In this document: positions 45,101-58,330 of the stretch, piece after piece
Numbering within the stretch: position 1 is the stretch's first letter
Layout of the letters: the number at the start of each line of letters is the position of its first letter
From: Eledone cirrhosa
Lineage: Eukaryota
Direction of reading: 5' to 3'
DNA: 64,000 nt
Assembly: GCA_964016885.1 (NCBI GenBank)
Contig: OZ024742.1
Span: 366,544,001 to 366,608,000, forward strand
Notes under the pieces: model-generated
Databases searched by the model: none
What the model was told of the DNA's origin: nothing
Seen by the model: the letters and a program-made list of their open reading frames with translations, nothing else
Position numbers and translations under genes: made by a program

Positions 45101-45636
45101 GTGTTGTCATATATATCGTGTGTGGTTACACATATATATATATATACAGAGGATACATACACACACACGCGTATGTATATATATGTATATATGTATATAT
45201 ATCATATGTATATATATATATATATGTGTGTGTGTGCGTGTGTGTATGTATATATATATATATATATACATGTGTATATATATATGTGTATATATACATA
45301 TATATATGCATATATATACAAATATATACATATATATATAATATGCATATATACATGTGTATGTGTATATATACATATACATATGTGTATATATATATAT
45401 ACATATACATATACATAAGTGTATATATAAGTATATACATATCTACATATGCATATGCGTATATATATGTATATATATATATATACATATACATATGCGT
45501 ATATATATATGTAAATATATAGATATACATATGTATATATATATGTAAATATATACATATACATAAGAGCATATATATATAAACATATACATATACATAT
45601 GCGTATATATATATATATATACATACATACATATGT

Positions 45637-45687
<51 letters not shown>

Positions 45688-45747
45688 AAGTATTAAAAAA
45701 ATAATGAATAAAACAATGAAACAGTTCCTTATATTAAACAAAAAAAG

Positions 45748-45900
45748 TTCATTATTTAACGATCGTTTCTAGGACATATATGTGTTAGAATTGGTATGCA
45801 TATTCAACAGATCTATGTACAAAATTATACAAAATTATACAAATTATCAAATATAATATACATACCAACACATACATATGCCGTCTTCAGAAATAATGAA
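45748..45900 (-). ncRNA. Type-I hammerhead-like RNA with very long stem II
   Basis: TTCATTATTT-CTGAAGA-[~110-nt imperfect hairpin]-GAA-ACGATCGT-T|AAATAATGAA; 10-bp perfect stem I. Confidence 0.7.
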
Positions 45901-46249
45901 ATATATTTATTGTTAATAACAACAATTCAAAATTACAGGTCTGTTTGGGAACAGAGTTCAAATTGACCAATGAAATACACAAAAATATATCAAGAAAATA
46001 CAGTTAGGTGTGTGTATATATGTAAGTAACTTCGTTCACAGATATGCATAAAAATATATGTTCACATGCATACGCATGTCGCAAAAAAGGTATGTAAATA
46101 CAAAAATTCAGGGCTAATGTCTCTGTATGTTTATAATCTACAGATAAAATACACATACGTATATAAACATATATACGTTCATATATACACACATATACAT
46201 ACATTCACACACACACGCGCATATACACATAAACATACACATACCCACG

Positions 46250-46302
<53 letters not shown>

Positions 46303-46569
46303 GTATATATTATTATTATAACTATATGGATATTAAGGCGCACACATAAACACTGCCACATATATTTTTATATCTAGATGCAGAAGTGGGTAAGGGGGTC
46401 AGTAATTACTAAGGGTGTCAGAGAACTGCCTATTTATAAAAATGTATCTATAAATTTAGAAATAAAAAGAAATATATTAAAAAAAATATAAACAAGTAAA
46501 ATATATACTCATACATAAAATACACACCGATATACATATATATATATATATATATATACACATACATAC

Positions 46570-46609
<40 letters not shown>

Positions 46610-47319
46610 ATACATACATACATACATAGAGACACATACATATACATATATAAATACATAGACATACATACAAACACATATATATATATACATATATTCA
46701 CAACACACATACATATATACACATATATATGTACACACACATACACACATACATATATATACATATATACATACGCACACATATATATACACACATATAT
46801 ACACACATATATACATATATATACACATACACACATATATATATATACACACACACGCACACATACATATACGTATATATACACACACACACACATATCC
46901 ATGTATGTATATACACATACAACCACACGCTCACACAACTCAGACATACATAAATAAAGAGATATACATACACACATATACACATATACTTATATATATA
47001 TATAGATATATACATACACATAAATATATATATACACACACACACACACACATATATACATACACATATATATATACATATATATACATACATATATATA
47101 TATATACACACATATATATATATATATATAAAAATAAATAAATAAATAAATAAATACACACAGTCAGACAAATATGCACACATATATATATATACATACA
47201 CACATCTCTACAAATATATATACACATACACACGCACACATACATATATACATACACACATATATATATATATATAGACATATATATACACACATATATA
47301 TACATATATATACATACAT

Positions 47320-47386
<67 letters not shown>

Positions 47387-47559
47387 CATAGACACTTATT
47401 TACATGCGCACATATGTATTTTTATACTCACATACAAACACCCAAACATACATACCTACTTACATACACATACATACATCCACGCTTACAAATACAAATA
47501 ATTATAGGGGGGGGGGGATTAAAATTATTAGTGGGAAATAGTAAATATAGGTTTCAAGG

Positions 47560-48230
47560 AACATAGAATATTAATCTGCATTTAGATCATAATATATGTT
47601 TACATAGTAGTTTCAGTATTAGGAAATGTAAGAAAGAAGGCAAAATTATGCATTTTAATATAAGTAGACTATTAATTAAAGGTTAACTAAATTAAAAATA
47701 GTTAATATATTGATTTCTAAGGTGTATACTACTTAGGTTTATAATATTTGAAGCGGAATTTTGAAGTTAAACAGTAGTAGAGTATTAATTATAGCATAAC
47801 TAAATTAAAATATTAACATTATGGTATCAATATTAGGAAATGAATTTAGTAATAGGGAAAACCAAATCAAGTATTTCATCGGTAGTAGAATATAAATTAT
47901 AGGTTAACTAAATTAAAAATTATATATTAATTTCTATAGTATATGTTAATTAGGTTTATAATAATTAAAGCAGATTTTGTATTTTATCTATAGTAGAATA
48001 TAATTATAGGTTAACAAAAATTAAAAATAATATATATATATATATATATTTAATTGTAAAGAATATATTAATTAGGTATATATTTAAAAATTTATCTCAG
48101 TTTATGATTACATCATATTCTGCAATCCATCTGTATTGGAATTTTAATTTTAAGCTAATTAAATTAAAATTATAGGTTAACTAAATTAAAATTAATTTAT
48201 AAATAAATTTCTAAATTGTACATTAATTAG
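47560..48230. repeat. AT-rich degenerate tandem repeats
   Basis: Recurring (T)AGGTTAACTAAATTAAAA. Confidence 0.5.
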
Positions 48231-48261
48231 GTATATATATATATATACAGCTCAAAAGTCA

Positions 48262-48513
48262 GCTCAAAAGTGACACAGAGAAGACTGAGGTTGGCTGGAC
48301 ATGCTCACCGACATCCAGAGTTGACATTGCACTCAGTGCTCCTTTGGGAGCCCCTACATGGACACACTAGATGAGGAAGACCAAGGTTAACATATGTTGA
48401 TGCCCTAAGGACAGACACTGGTCTGTTGGAGATGCAGGATATGGCAGCGATAATGAGGGACAGAGACCGCTGGAGCGAACTCGTCCATGGATCTCGGGAA
48501 TTTTACCCGCCTT

Positions 48514-48515
<2 letters not shown>
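48262..48515 (+). mobile_element. RTE LINE 3' fragment in (TA)n
   Basis: RRLRLAGHAHRHPE..VLLWEPLHG..GRPRLTYVDALRTDTG..MRDRDRW. Confidence 0.85.
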
Positions 48516-48549
<34 letters not shown>

Positions 48550-48550
<1 letters not shown>

Positions 48551-48825
48551 AAAGAATAGAGGTGTAATACACAAATTATTATATATTGGTAAACGGAATA
48601 GAAAATGCTGACAAATTGTTCACAGTGAAAAATAGTTTAATTAGGAATAAGTGAGAATTAGTAATAGTATTGGTTAGTATTCAGTTTTGGTTTTAAGTTT
48701 TACCGGTTGCGCAAAACTTAAAACCAAAACTGAATACTAACCAATACTATTACTAATTCTCACTTATTCCTAATTAAACTATTTTTCACTTTGAACAATT
48801 TGTCAGCATTTTCTATTCCGTTTAC

Positions 48826-48834
<9 letters not shown>
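48550..48834 (-). mobile_element. Fold-back palindrome in (TA)n (probable PLE terminus)
   Basis: ~122-bp arms 48580-48701/48713-48834 with 1 mismatch, loop ACCGGTTGCGC, ~30-bp one-sided extension. Confidence 0.7.
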
Positions 48835-48856
<22 letters not shown>

Positions 48857-49207
48857 TTTATTAAAATAACAGATTAAAGTTTAAGCAAAGAATCGCTGCT
48901 TTCACCCTTAACGGGATCTTCTGAAACTAACAAAGTCGATCTGTAAACGCAGAACTGGATATTTCAAAAACCGTTGCAACCGGAGGAAGACAGGAAGACG
49001 ATACTTTGGTTCATGGTGACGTTCGCTGGCAAAGAACGGGAACAAACGAATAATACGTCATTAATAGGAGCGGTGAAAAACAATTACGCGCAAAGACAAA
49101 ACCACGTTTATGGTATAAAAGAGGTCGTAGACTAATGTTCTCTAAGTGGTGCATAGAGACGTTCTCTGGCAATGAACGAGCCCTCTTTGGATTTTAGTCT
49201 TCAATTT

Positions 49208-49276
<69 letters not shown>

Positions 49277-49675
49277 TATATATATTCTTCAGTGCTGAAA
49301 TCTGAGAACAAGTGTCGTCCATTACTCAACTTGTTACCCTTAAATACCAGATACTCTCAGCTGGTACCTCACAATTAATCCGAATAATTTGGTGCAACTT
49401 TATAACTAATGTCAATATGCAATGAATAATAGAGTTTAATGCACAGACACGTATATATACTGTATATTCACATTTGTCCGTATTCTACATCCAGAATTTG
49501 TTATATGAATACAGGCAAAAAATGTAACTGAAAAAATAATTTATAGAAAATTTCATTATAAATCTAGTTAGAATATTATAACTTTTAACTAACTTAGCCG
49601 GTCTATATTCCATGTAATTGGATTGAACTGTGATATATTGAAGATCAATAAAACTTTTTAAATATATATTTAACT

Positions 49676-50234
49676 TTACACACACACACACGCAAAGACA
49701 CAAACACACACACGCAAACACATAAATACACACATATACACTCAAACACAAACACACCCACACACACACACAGACAAACACACAAACGCACACACACACA
49801 CACAAACGCACACACACACACACACACAAACGCACACACACACACACACGCGCACACACACAAGCAGTCAAAGACACACACAAACTCACACAAACATATA
49901 AACACACAAACACTCAAACACACACAAACACAAACACACAAACACAAACTCTCAAACACACACAAACACACAAACACACACACACACACACACAAACATA
50001 CAGACACTCAAACACACACACAGACACAGAAACAAGCACACAAACACACAAACACACACAAACACACACACATACACAAACACACAAACGCACACAAACA
50101 CACAAACACACACAGACACACAAACACACACACAAACACACAGAGACACACACACACACATAAACATACAAACACACACACATACACAAACACACACACA
50201 CGAACACACAAACGCACACAAACACACACACACA
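49676..50234. repeat. (CA)n/(CAAA) compound microsatellite
   Basis: Direct inspection. Confidence 0.93.
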
Positions 50235-50455
50235 CCAGTATGTATATGACTGACTGGATATGCACGTATTTTTTCTCCCCATATTTCTCCCCATACTTTT
50301 CCCAGTTCCTTCCCCTTCTCACTCCTTCCTTTCTATCTTCTATTTCTGTCTTCTGATGTCCGAAATATTAAGACTCTCTTCCTGCAATTTCAAGCCTTAA
50401 ACTAATATATTTCTTCCATGTACTGTGTCGTTTGCTTAGCTATTTCTGTTTACCA
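50235..50455 (+). mobile_element. Third copy of the 20905/31120 family, hammerhead stem II deleted
   Basis: GTCTT-CTGATG-TCC-GAAATATTAAGACTCTCTTCCTGCAATTTCAAGC. Confidence 0.6.
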
Positions 50456-50458
50456 TTT

Positions 50459-50491
<33 letters not shown>

Positions 50492-50492
50492 C

Positions 50493-50690
50493 AAATAATT
50501 GTTTCTACTTTTGGCACAAGGCCAGCAAATATCCAGCACATTACTGGTACTTTATTTTATCGACCCCGTAAGGATGAAAGGCAAAGTTAACCTCGACGGG
50601 ATTTGAACTCAGACCACAAAGGGCCGTAACTCTTTGCTGCAAAGCATGGCGTCTGACCCTCTACCGATACTGCCAATCCACCACCCTATA
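50493..50690 (-). mobile_element. Near-full-length tRNA-derived SINE with Meta/Sauria-like core
   Basis: GGTGGTGGATTGGCAG head, GAGTTCAAATCCC B-box, GCCTTTCATCCTTACGGGGTCGATAAAATAAAGTACCAGT core. Confidence 0.88.
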
Positions 50691-50889
50691 AATACAAATA
50701 ATGAATCAAAACATATCAAATATGTTTAGAAATTTGTGTTTCTCAATAAGCAAGGGCAATAATGTCAATCAGACAAGATAAACAGGCGAAATTCTAGAGG
50801 AACAAGACTCACTAGTGAACCTTAATAACATGAATATGAAAACTCTGCTTCGGTATTGAGTACTCCTTTCTCTCAGACGTCAACCACAT

Positions 50890-50926
<37 letters not shown>

Positions 50927-51586
50927 ATAAAAATGGCGTAAACATTACAATACGATACAATAGGAGGGAACATGATAATAGTACCACCGATGATGTTGCA
51001 CATGTGCAACGAAAGAACTTTGTTAGACTATATATATGTGTTTATATCTATATTATATCTGTATTTTTGACCGTTGGTCAGTCAATGATAAACATTGATT
51101 GCCAAATAAATTAACTGTGGAGATATAAAAGATACAGAAGCGAAAACCAATCTAACAGTGAGTGTGTTCTGTTATTATTTCTGGCAATATTATCACAACA
51201 ATACGACCCTCCCCAAGTATAACAATATATATATATATATATATATATTGCAGAAGGTTATTTGTCACCAATGTACAGAAGATGTACAGATCGCTAAAAT
51301 ATATCTAATTCAGAGAAGCATATACATATAAAATAACTTTTGCAAAGTCACCGACGAGTTGATTCCTAGTAAAGTAACTTAAAGCAAGAAAACTTCACTA
51401 CCATCTTTCCCTAGCGGTAGATTCCTAGTAAAGAAACCTAAAACTAGAAGGTTTTGTATTGTATGTGACATTGAGAATGAGAAACTTGGCTACCCTGCCG
51501 TAGGCTAACAACAGGATCTCACCCACGACCTAACTAATAATACATGTTCTCATCATAAATTGTATTGAATGTATATATGTATATAA

Positions 51587-51632
<46 letters not shown>

Positions 51633-51674
51633 ATTTTAAATAAATGGAAACTATATTTATAAAACCATATTTAT

Positions 51675-51730
51675 TCTATTATATATATTTGAAGGGTACC
51701 AGAAACTGTGGCACGCTTTCATCAGATAAG
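51675..51730 (-). ncRNA. Inactivated hammerhead (GAAA>CAAA)
   Basis: TTAT-CTGATGA-AAGCGTGCCA(CAGTTTC)TGGTACCCTT-CAA-ATATATAT-A-ATAG. Confidence 0.55.
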
Positions 51731-51769
51731 TGTGTTTTATAAATTTTGACATAGCCAAGGAACATAAAC

Positions 51770-51829
<60 letters not shown>

Positions 51830-51969
51830 GTGTTAAACAATATTCAATGATTATGTCAAAGAATAAGTTTTACAGCAGATTGGAAGCTCTCAACAGAAAA
51901 AATTAATTAATTAATTTCTGGAGTTATTAATATTAAAATATTAATAAAATAGATGTTCTTTTTATCAAT

Positions 51970-52028
51970 TACATTTTATTATACATATTTCGGATGTGCA
52001 ACTGTACGTCCTCATCAGACAAAATATA
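51970..52028 (-). ncRNA. Type-I hammerhead ribozyme
   Basis: TATATTTTGT-CTGATGA-GGACGTAC(AGTT)GCACATCC-GAA-ATATGTAT-A|ATAAAATGTA. Confidence 0.78.
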
Positions 52029-53677
52029 ATGATACATGACATACCCTGAGATGTTAAATGGTTAAGAATTAATCAAGGTAGTGATTAACCCCAGAGGAAG
52101 TTTTACTTATATTCAATTTATGAGAAAATGCGAAAACGTAATAAATTCATTAGAGAATGTGTGAGTAAGAAAAAAAAAAAACATTGCATACTGTAACTGT
52201 TCTAAAAGTTTTAAATTGTATGATACTACTCATTTATCTATGAGGACGTCATGAATCTTAACAGCTAGTGATAGCCACTGGAAAATGATTTTTAAATAGG
52301 GAAAAATAAAGGGGGATGGTGGTGTGAAATATGCAGTAGGAGCTTTATTCCGAAAATTAAACGGTTAAATTTGAAAATATTTAATTTATAGTATTAGGGT
52401 GAAGACCCCAGGTTTCAGGATTATTTGCTGGTTATTTGTGTATTGTTTATATGAATTCGATAAGTATATTATCATTTCTAAACCTTTGAATTTTATGAGT
52501 GTAACATTTAAAAATTCAAAAATTTAGCCGGCGCATAATGAATGAAATATTATACTGTTGATCACCTACATAAGTTCAAACTTAAACCAATATACCAACA
52601 TCTTATGTATGTATAGTTCGTTAAGTATTTAATTTTTATGAATATGTAAATAACTATTAAGTATATAGGTATATATTAATGAGCCAGTATGATTAAGGTA
52701 AATAATCACGAATATAAGAATAAAATAAGATAATATATTGAAGGATTTTAAGGATAAATATATACCTATGTATGACTGGGTGTAAATGCAATAATTATTC
52801 TTTAACCAAGATATCAACATGTTATTAGATATATGGATGGATGTATATATATATATATATATATATTAAGTATTATTAGTGTAATATCTTAGGCAAATGA
52901 TAACACTTATAATCTTATCAACATGTCACATTTAAATAATTTAAATAAACATATATGTACATATAAAAACAGCAGTGAGTGTATGGACAACATAGAGTTC
53001 GAAATAATGTCTATAATAATTTTTAGTTTGGATATTCTCTCTATATTTGAATCATATATATAGAAATGTGGTAGGTATATTTAAAAATATTTAAAGATAT
53101 ATAAAATATATAACTACATACATATTATAATACATTATATTATAAATAAATAATAGGTTGAAAGCGCAGCAAAAATTAACATTTATATATAAGTTTTAAT
53201 CAGTCTCAAATTTAAGATTTTATAGTTCGGTAGATATATTTAAAGGAAAATATGCATATACTATGTTATATAATATTATAAATAATAGATCAAAGACTCA
53301 TTAAAAAATGTATAGTTATAGATAAGTTTCAAAGAAATTTATGTGTTGGGTATTAAACTAAAATTTAAAAGAGATCACAAATGTATTAAAAATGTATTAA
53401 AAATTTCCCGTAAATATGTAAGGAATTAAGTAATACTAAATTATAAACATAGATAGGAAGATACAGAGAGAAATAAGGAATAAAGAAATTATGGTATTGA
53501 TCAAAACTAACCAATAATGTTGTTTGTATCAATGTTTGTTATTGAGATATTGTCATTCAATCTAGCGTTGTTTCTTCTATAGATAGTTATAAAATAAAAT
53601 AAAATAAAATAAAGCAATATTAAAGGTCATTAATGTGTTTTACTGTTGATTATATATTCCTGGTAACGGAGTTATTA

Positions 53678-54250
53678 TTAAGTGGGCGTAGCTTTGTGGA
53701 GGCAACTAGAGAATAATTCACTTTTTTTGTTAATTAGGGTCTCATAGTTATTAATAATCAACAGGGTCTCCATTGTACAGAGCGGGCAGTTATTTAATAT
53801 ACTAGAGTTGCGGTAAATTCCACAGTTCCGAAGTTTTGTCCAAAGAATTGAGTATTTTAAATTCTTCTCTTTTAAAGACCATATGATCTGTGATAAAGAC
53901 GTGGATAATTTCCTCTTAAAGTTCGAGAATGAGCATTTATGGTTCGCGAAACGCACTTTGAATGTGGACGAGGTTGATCCAATGTAGTTGTATGTTTTGT
54001 GATCAGTTTTTACGGTGCATTTATAAACCAAATTACTATCTAAACAATTATTTTGCAAAGGGCAATTATTTTTATTTCTACAATTACATTTTGGTTTAGT
54101 ATCATTAGTGTTAACTCTATTATTATGATCATTATGTTGGTTTGGTTTTAGGATTTTGGCGTTTATTTTGGCGATGTTTTGGGCCATGTTACTGGTTGTA
54201 GAATTTCCGAATTTAATGGTATGTCTATTAATCTGAGTTTTTCGAATATT
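53678..54250 (-). pseudogene. PLE GIY-YIG endonuclease domain remnant
   Basis: CNCRNKNNCPL..CL..LVYKC..YIGST..FKVRFANH..CPLC..E..LINKKSELFSSCLH. Confidence 0.9.
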
Positions 54251-54327
54251 AATGAAATATTCGATTCGTTTGCAATTATGCAAACAGCCATGTGAGTAGA
54301 ATGACACCGACATTCTTGCTCCTGTGT

Positions 54328-54515
54328 TTGGATTGGCAGTATCAGTAGAGGTCGGGCGCAATGCTTTGCAACATAGAGTTACGTCCCTTTACGGACTGAG
54401 TTCAAATCCCACCGAGGTTAACTTTCCCTTTCATCCGTACGGGGTCGATAAAATAAAGTACCAGTAATGTACTGGGTAATTGCTGGCCTTGTGCCAAAAG
54501 TAGAAACAATTATTA
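54328..54515 (+). mobile_element. tRNA-derived SINE
   Basis: Collinear with 50493-50690. Confidence 0.88.
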
Positions 54516-54789
54516 ATATTCTAAAACACAGATTTATATTTCTTGTGTTGAGCCATGTAGAGGGGGGGGGCGATAAAACTATTTGTTATTTATATATATA
54601 CACATACATATATATTCCTCTCTCTCTAATTTTCTGTCTACCATCCTCTCTCTCCTTCACAGACACCCACATTTCTTTACCATTCCTATTCCAGCGTGAC
54701 AGATGTTTTACACCACAAAACACCACCTTTAATATAAAAGACAGTTATATCACGTTAACTATTATTTATAGTTCTTAAATAAAATATAA

Positions 54790-54935
54790 AGGCAGTGAAT
54801 TAGCAATATCGTTAGAAGGTTGGGTGCCACACTTTAAAGTATTTGTTCCGGCTCTCTCAGTTTTATATCTCACTGAGGTCAACTTTGCCTTTCATCCTTT
54901 CAAGATCGATAAGGTACATTTATAATCCTGGGATC
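54790..54935 (+). mobile_element. Older SINE copy
   Basis: GAGGTCAACTTTGCCTTTCATCCTT..TCGATAA. Confidence 0.65.
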
Positions 54936-55444
54936 GATACTTCCTCTATTAATCTTTTTATTTTCACTTATTCTCATTTGCTCGTCTGTCCTATCCTTGA
55001 GAAATATGGGTTGACCAGATTTAACTGTCCAAGACATCCCTGCCAATCCGTCATATGTTAATGGTTATGGGTTGATGGGGACTGGAAATGAAGTGACATC
55101 GTCTCTTGCCACTTTATTTCCATTCACCAATATTGTTGCTAGGCTATATTATTGTTGCTACGCGCTATTATTGTTGCTAGGTTCTATTTATAGCTATTTC
55201 CTATGCAATATTTAGAAACAGGTAAATATCTGCCCGTTTCTTACAATACTTACAAGATTTACATGTTTACAATCCAAATTAATTGCTGAAAGAGATATAA
55301 AGAAAATAGGAAAACATAAGCTTCTACAAAGTTGTGCTACATGCTAGAAAGAGTAGTCAAAATATTCTTAATTTGAAACATATTTGGTTTTAAAAGAAAA
55401 CTCTGTGGTTTTAAAGGTAAACAATAATCGGTAGCGGGTAAGAT

Positions 55445-55700
55445 GTTGGCTCAGTTCAGGTGCAAGTGTTGGTATTGTTAAGGATTTGGGGCTAGCTCTG
55501 GTGCAGGGTTTGTTATTGTTAAGGATTTGGGGCCAGCTCGGATGCATGTTTTGTTATTGTGTTATGGTTTGGGGGCTAGCTCGGGAGCATGTTTTGTTAT
55601 TGTGTTAAGGTTTTGGGGCTAGCTCGGGTGCAGGTTTTGGTATTGTGTTATGGTTTTTAGGTCAGCTCGGGTGCACGTTTTGATATTAAGGTTTTTAGTT
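55445..55700. repeat. ~42-bp degenerate tandem repeat, ~6 copies
   Basis: GCTAGCTCGGGTGCAGGTTTTG(T/G)TATTGTGTTAAGGTTTTGGG. Confidence 0.8.
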
Positions 55701-55954
55701 GTAGATAAGAGGAAGACTTTCGGGCAGCGCAAACCTTTGCTACACCGCATGGATGATATAATCCTAGCTGAAATATGCTTAAAAATCACGCATGATCACA
55801 TTTAGAATGTTTCCATTCCATGAAAGAAAATAGCTGTTCCAGACTATCAAAGCTAGTGAAGTTTATATTATAATAATCTTTATCTGTCAACATTCACAAT
55901 ACAAATACTACTTGTAGTTCATCTGAAATATTGTTGGTACAGAAGCATTCCAAC

Positions 55955-56190
55955 ACTATGTGGAATTGATCTGAGATCATGGTGAAACTGAAACAATACT
56001 ACAAGGAGTTGATCTGAGATTGGGAGTTGATAGCGAAACAATACAAAATGGAGAAGATCTGAGATCATCTGGTAAAACTGAAACGATATAACACTACATG
56101 GAATTGATCTGAGATTGTATTGAAATTGAAATATTCTACTGCCTGAAGTTGATCTGTGATTGTGCATGGAAGTTGCGATGAGTTGATCTG
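55955..56190. repeat. ~44-bp degenerate tandem repeat
   Basis: Recurring GGA.TTGATCTGAGAT..GAAACTGAAACAATAC. Confidence 0.7.
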
Positions 56191-56285
56191 CGGCCTTTCA
56201 TCGTTACGAGGTCGATAAAATGAAGTACCAGTAATGCACTGTAATAAATGCCGGCCTTGTGCCAAAAATATAAATAATTATATTA
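56190..56285 (+). mobile_element. SINE 3' fragment
   Basis: GCCTTTCATCGTTACGAGGTCGATAAAATGAAGTACCAGT..GGCCTTGTGCC. Confidence 0.8.
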
Positions 56286-56629
56286 TTTAAATCATAGTAA
56301 TTATTTTTGCTAAAATAGCTATCAATGTCAATGTTTTCTCATGGCACAGGTTTTGAAAATTTGACTTCATCATTCACACTATGTCTCATATATTTGAAAA
56401 TTCCGTCTACAATATAATTCTAATGAATTTCTTGACGAGTTGATGTATTAAAGCTCCTTATTTTACTATGGTTTCTATGGTCCGTGGTATTTCCTAGCGC
56501 CACTCACTTTACAACAACATCTATTAGGTGTATGTTATCGTGAAACTAAGAGTATCACTTTATAATGAGCAGTGGGCGCATTTTGTCGTGGCACCGGCAT
56601 TTCCACTGAGCTGATCAATATAGTTTATA

Positions 56630-56830
56630 TGTACTGTAGCAGTGGAGACTACTGGTGTCCTTCTCCGATCACCATCGACTTGGCTACCTAGAGGTCAAGC
56701 CTCACCAACTGGAATGGCTCTTCCAGCGCGTCTCACTCACAATCCTCCGGAGAAACTCCTTCTCTATTCTGCTTGCCCGCACCACGGGGTGGGCGGTGCA
56801 TGTGTCCCCATTTACCGGTGCGTGGGTCCC
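56630..56830 (+). mobile_element. CRE-like RLE retrotransposon C-terminal fragment
   Basis: AVETTGVL and, after a frameshift, EWLFQRVSLTILRRNSFSIL, resembling the CRE-type (A)VET.G...QR.S..IQRGN terminal motifs. Confidence 0.55.
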
Positions 56831-56912
56831 CTTATATTAGTGAGAGATGTGGTGAGAGAGAGGAAGAGATAGATAGATAAAGAGAGGAAGAGATAGATAG
56901 ATAGATAAAGAG

Positions 56913-57016
<104 letters not shown>

Positions 57017-57192
57017 GCAGTGAATATCAAATATCTGACATTATCCTGGTTGATATTATGGAATGGAAAGGACATTATATTCTTCAGCTATTTCACACAT
57101 TTTCATTTCATCGAATTATTTTTCTACGTTCAACCATATATACATACATATATACATACATACATACATACAACCATATATACATACATACA

Positions 57193-57385
57193 TGGTGGCT
57201 GCCAACTCGTTTTCGAGTACGGCCACTACTTTATATCCATGTAGGAGAACCCCTACCGATGCGCTGAACGAGTGTGACTTTTTAGTCCAGCCAGCGATTT
57301 GAAAACTCTGGTACAAACACTACACCTGTGACGATTATTGACACATAGTGCTGGGCCCATGGTACCATGTGACGACAAGTGCAGA
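57193..57385 (-). mobile_element. RTE derivative, 3' fragment
   Basis: Near-identical to 39529-39721. Confidence 0.85.
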
Positions 57386-57921
57386 ATATCGAAAAATGCA
57401 GTAAAAAATAAGAAGTTCATATAAATCTTTCAACAGCAAAAGTCTTAAAGACTGTCAGAGATAGTCACCAAACGAGAACTGTTAAAGGAACAATAAGAAA
57501 TTCAGCCGCAATCGATCACAAATCTTCAGATAAATAATAGGGTGGGCGTGATCAATAGAAATCATAGAGGCTTCCTTCCAATGAGGAAAATATGGCTTCT
57601 TACTGGGGAAAAATCTGCAGTCAAGAAATTGAGTTTAATCAAATGGTAGTGTGGTTAAATGAAAGCTAGAAGTATTTATTTTATCTGCATTTTCAATTCT
57701 GTCTGTTGTATCAATGAGACTACATCCACCCGAAGTTCTGCACGTCAGAGAGGCAGAACATAGATAGTAACAATATTTTATTGGCTGGTTGGTAAAGTTA
57801 CTGTTGGCCACAACATACCTATCTACCGACATTATAACCTACACACATCAAACTTATTTCAACGCCTTTGACGAAAATATATTTCAACATTTGTCGTACA
57901 GGATATAAAGACGAATTAATT

Positions 57922-58330
57922 CAAAACCGTACGGAACGACATATACTGTCTCCTTTACAGGAGAGTCAAACGATATAAAGAAATGTGATATCAAAACCGT
58001 ACGGAACGATATATACTGTCTCTTTTAAGGTAAAGTCAAACGGCTCCCTTATGATCTGAGTTCAAATCCCGCCGAGATTTGCCTTTCGTCCTTACAGGGT
58101 CGGTAAAATAAAGTACCAGTAATGCACTGGGATAATTGCTGGCCTTGTACCAAAAGTAGAAACAATTATTTCTAAACCGTACGGAACGACATATACTGTC
58201 TCGTTTAAAGTAAAGTCAAACGATGTAAAAAAACGTTATTTCAAAACCGTCCGGAACGACATATACTGTCGGTTTCAAAGTAGAGGGAAACGATATAAAG
58301 AATCGTTATTCCAATACTGGATATCCGGTT
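57922..58330. repeat. ~70-bp tandem repeat (4-5 copies) interrupted by a 5'-truncated SINE at ~58043-58172
   Basis: AAACCGTACGGAACGACATATACTGTC units; SINE B-box and core inside. Confidence 0.85.

Larger units (their letters stand above)
51826..54300 (-). mobile_element. Second PLE, 5'-truncated: GIY-YIG end, long AT-rich 3' region, terminal hammerhead
   Basis: ORF remnant and hammerhead on the same strand, ending at (TA)n; continuity of the 1.7-kb spacer is inferred. Confidence 0.6.

Noticed and set aside
43209-45418. Extensin-like YTPPL ORF and VVYIV ORF
   Set aside because: Minisatellite whose unit lengths are multiples of 3; open on both strands; no signal peptide or splice support
48885-48930. 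CAGAAGA-TCCC..GGGT-GAAAG (minus strand) hammerhead-like motif
   Set aside because: Core mutated and stems I and III do not pair; too weak to call
50600-50690. tRNA gene
   Set aside because: The A/B boxes belong to a SINE head; no cloverleaf, and it continues into the SINE core
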